A stretch of DNA of 64,000 bases from Heterodontus francisci (lineage: Eukaryota), in assembly GCF_036365525.1 (NCBI RefSeq), contig NC_090380.1, positions 72,591,757-72,655,756 of the forward strand. The letters run 5' to 3'. Position numbers and translations under genes: made by a program. Below the pieces are notes generated by a model that was not told the origin of the DNA, did no database searches, and saw nothing but the letters and a program-made list of their open reading frames with translations. Shown here piece after piece: positions 61,638-64,000 of this stretch. How positions within the stretch are numbered: position 1 is the first letter of the stretch; the number at the start of each line of letters is the position of its first letter.

Positions 61638-62323
61638 GGGCTGGATTTTATTCCAGACGTCGGGTTCTATAGCGGGTGGGGCTGGCGAATCGGAGCAGCA
61701 GCGACTGCCGTGGAACCCGATGCCGGTATGGCCAGGCCCAATCTGCCCAGTGGCGGGGAAGCTCCGTGGCTGCCGCTCTGCAACGAGACCCAAGTTAGCA
61801 TATTTAAATTACATCTTTGCATGAATTAACATGTAACAGCAATCTGACCTTCAGTTTCCGATCTTCAACGCGACATGCGGCACTCATGCACCTTCACTTT
61901 CCTGTCCAGGGAAATCTGGCACCACTGAGGTGGGGAAGGGGTCAACACTGCACTCTGATGGGTATGGGGGTGGGGAAGGGATGAACTCTGCACTCTGATG
62001 GGTATGGGGGTGGGGAAGGGGTGAACTCTGCACTCTGATGGGTATGGGGGGGCGAAGGGATGAACTCTGAATGCTGATGAGTTTGGGAAGATGGGTAGGC
62101 CGTGAACTCAACTTTATGGTGTGCTGTTTACAGGGCTGGCAACCTTTTAAAAATGGCAGCAGCACCGAGGCCGCCTTGCTGCGTGATTGGGGGGAGGGGG
62201 GGCGGCCACCGTCAATATGTAAAGTAGCTGCCCGCCACATAATCATGGCGGTGTAGCGGCACGGGTCCCGTGGGGGACGGTCGCCATGTTCTGCGCCCGC
62301 CGCCGGGATACAAAGTCCAGCCA
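61638..62323. mobile_element. GC-rich MITE containing a 40-bp tandem repeat
   Basis: TIR gggctggatttta...aaagtccagcc; aat flanks. Confidence 0.65.
61929..62090. repeat. ~4 copies of a 40-bp G-rich unit
   Basis: ggggtggggaagggatgaactctgcactctgatgggtatg. Confidence 0.85.
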
Positions 62324-63139
62324 AATATCTTAACAGAACATGAAGATGAATACTTTAAACTTTAAATGTCAACAGAACACTCCTGTATGACTGTGAATTC
62401 CACTCCATGAGTTCCCCTATACATTGCAGGATCGTGGCAGTTCATTCAACTTTCCTGGGACCAATCCAAAGTGTATTATAGCTCTTAGGAATTCATTTCG
62501 CTTTTTAAAAATTTCTCAGCTGCCTTCTGAGGTATCAGATCTCCTGGGCATTCTCCCTCTAGCTTCAGCTAGGCAAACCCTCCTGTTCTCCTTCAACACC
62601 TCACAAATCTGGATTTCCCAGCTTGATCAGGGGCCTGCCGCAAAACAGAAACACCACTAATTCCTGATGGCCTCTTTGCTCCTGAGCCCAGCTGCTTTCA
62701 AAGCCTACAGCTTTCTCTGTGACCAACAGCCTGTCTGAAGCCAACAACTCTCCAAAAGCCAACAACACATCTGTCAGCACCACACAGATCAAAACATCTC
62801 CAAATAACGTGGTACCAGTGGGATGTCCAAGATAGCAATTTGAACTAATTATTTCCAACTCCATATCTTCGCTTTGTTCTGGGAAATCATATGAATAATT
62901 TAAACCCCTGATTAAGGCAGCTGCAGACTGTATCCATCAAGAAGTTCAGAGAGGATCCCATTATTTTGTGTCTTCACACTTCCCATTATGACTTTACTAA
63001 ATAAACACTGGCCACCATTTGATTTGTAACCACCCTAGGTTTGTTTGCCAGCTTCTCAAACCAGGTGTTTGCATTTGTCTTGCATAAAAAAAAATCAATT
63101 CCCAAATTTAAAGTTACCGCTAGAAAATTAATACAAACC

Positions 63140-64000
63140 ACTGTTCATGATAATTTAATGATCTATGTACATGGACCCCCAAATCTCTTTGCAACTCCAT
63201 TGTTTCTAAATTTTCACTATTTAGAAAGTACTCTGATCTATCCTTTTTTAGGTCCAAAGTGGATGACTTCACATTTTCCTATATTGAAATCCATTTGCCA
63301 CAATTTACCCACTTAGTCTATTAATTCCTCTTTGTAATTTTATGCATTTATTTAGAATCATAGAATGCTTACAGAACAGAATGAGACCATTCAGCCGATC
63401 GTGTTTATGCTGGCACTCTGCAAGAGCAACTCAGCTAGCCTCATTCCCCCAACCTTTCTCCATAGCCCTGCAATCTTTTTCCCTTCAGGTGCTTATCCAG
63501 CTCTTTTTTGAAAGCCTCAATTAAATATGCCTCCAGCACACTCTCAGGCAGTGCATTCCAGATCCTAATCACTTGCAGCATAAAAATGTTTTTTCTCATG
63601 TCACAGTTGGCCAATTACCTTAAATCGGTGTCTTCTGTTTCTCAATCCTTCCACAATGGGAACAGTTTCTATGTACTCTGTCCAGACCCCTCATTATTTT
63701 GCAAACCTCTATCAAATCTTATTTCAACCTTCTCTTCTCTAAGGAGAACAACCTGAGCTTCTCCAATCTATCCACGTAACTGAAGACCCTCATCCCTGGA
63801 ACCATTCTCATAAATCTCTTCTGCACCCTCTCTGATCCCGTCACATCTTTACTAAAGTTTGGTGTCCAGAATTGGACACAATACTCCAGTTGATGCCAAA
63901 CCATTGTTTTAAAAAGTTGATTATAACTTCCTTGCTATTGAATTGTACGCCACTATGAAGTCTAGGATCCCGTATGCCTTTTTAACCACTTTCGCAACCT
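63140..64000 (-). mobile_element. CR1 fragments (nested 3' end at ~63352)
   Basis: [22 protein letters not shown]; tagaatcataga tail. Confidence 0.8.

Noticed and set aside
61929-62090. Regular repeat as a CRISPR-like array
   Set aside because: Head-to-tail units without unique spacers, in a vertebrate context.
61465-63135. Possible LTR-type insertion splitting a CR1
   Set aside because: Composition is suggestive, but I could not define TG...CA ends or a TSD, so it is not annotated.

Overview
Vertebrate genomic DNA, very probably an elasmobranch (shark), inferred from HE1-type V-SINEs, HER1/CR1 LINEs, a SacSINE1-like SINE and Penelope-derived short elements. Positions 510-46308 (+) hold the last 14 coding exons of TTF2 (SNF2-family ATPase). 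All splice phases are consistent and the introns are packed with nested transposable elements. Directly downstream and convergent (- strand, 49113-54095) is an apparently intact non-rearranging antigen-receptor-like gene: leader, germline-fused V+J exon with no RSS, C1-set exon, an 18-nt connecting-peptide micro-exon, and a TM exon with an Arg and a 4-residue tail, followed by a spliced 3'UTR. A diverged tandem duplicate of its 3' half lies at about 55193-59850. That duplicate keeps a Cys codon in the micro-exon (D-C-Q-T-T-T), resembling the TCR-beta hinge exon, but has damaged splice sites. Other notable items are a CGGBP1-like hAT transposon relic, several solo LTRs with 4-bp TSDs, a GC-rich MITE family, a Penelope element with a minimal hammerhead ribozyme, and a 21-bp micro-inversion in an RTE tail. 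All annotation was done by eye; no searches were run.
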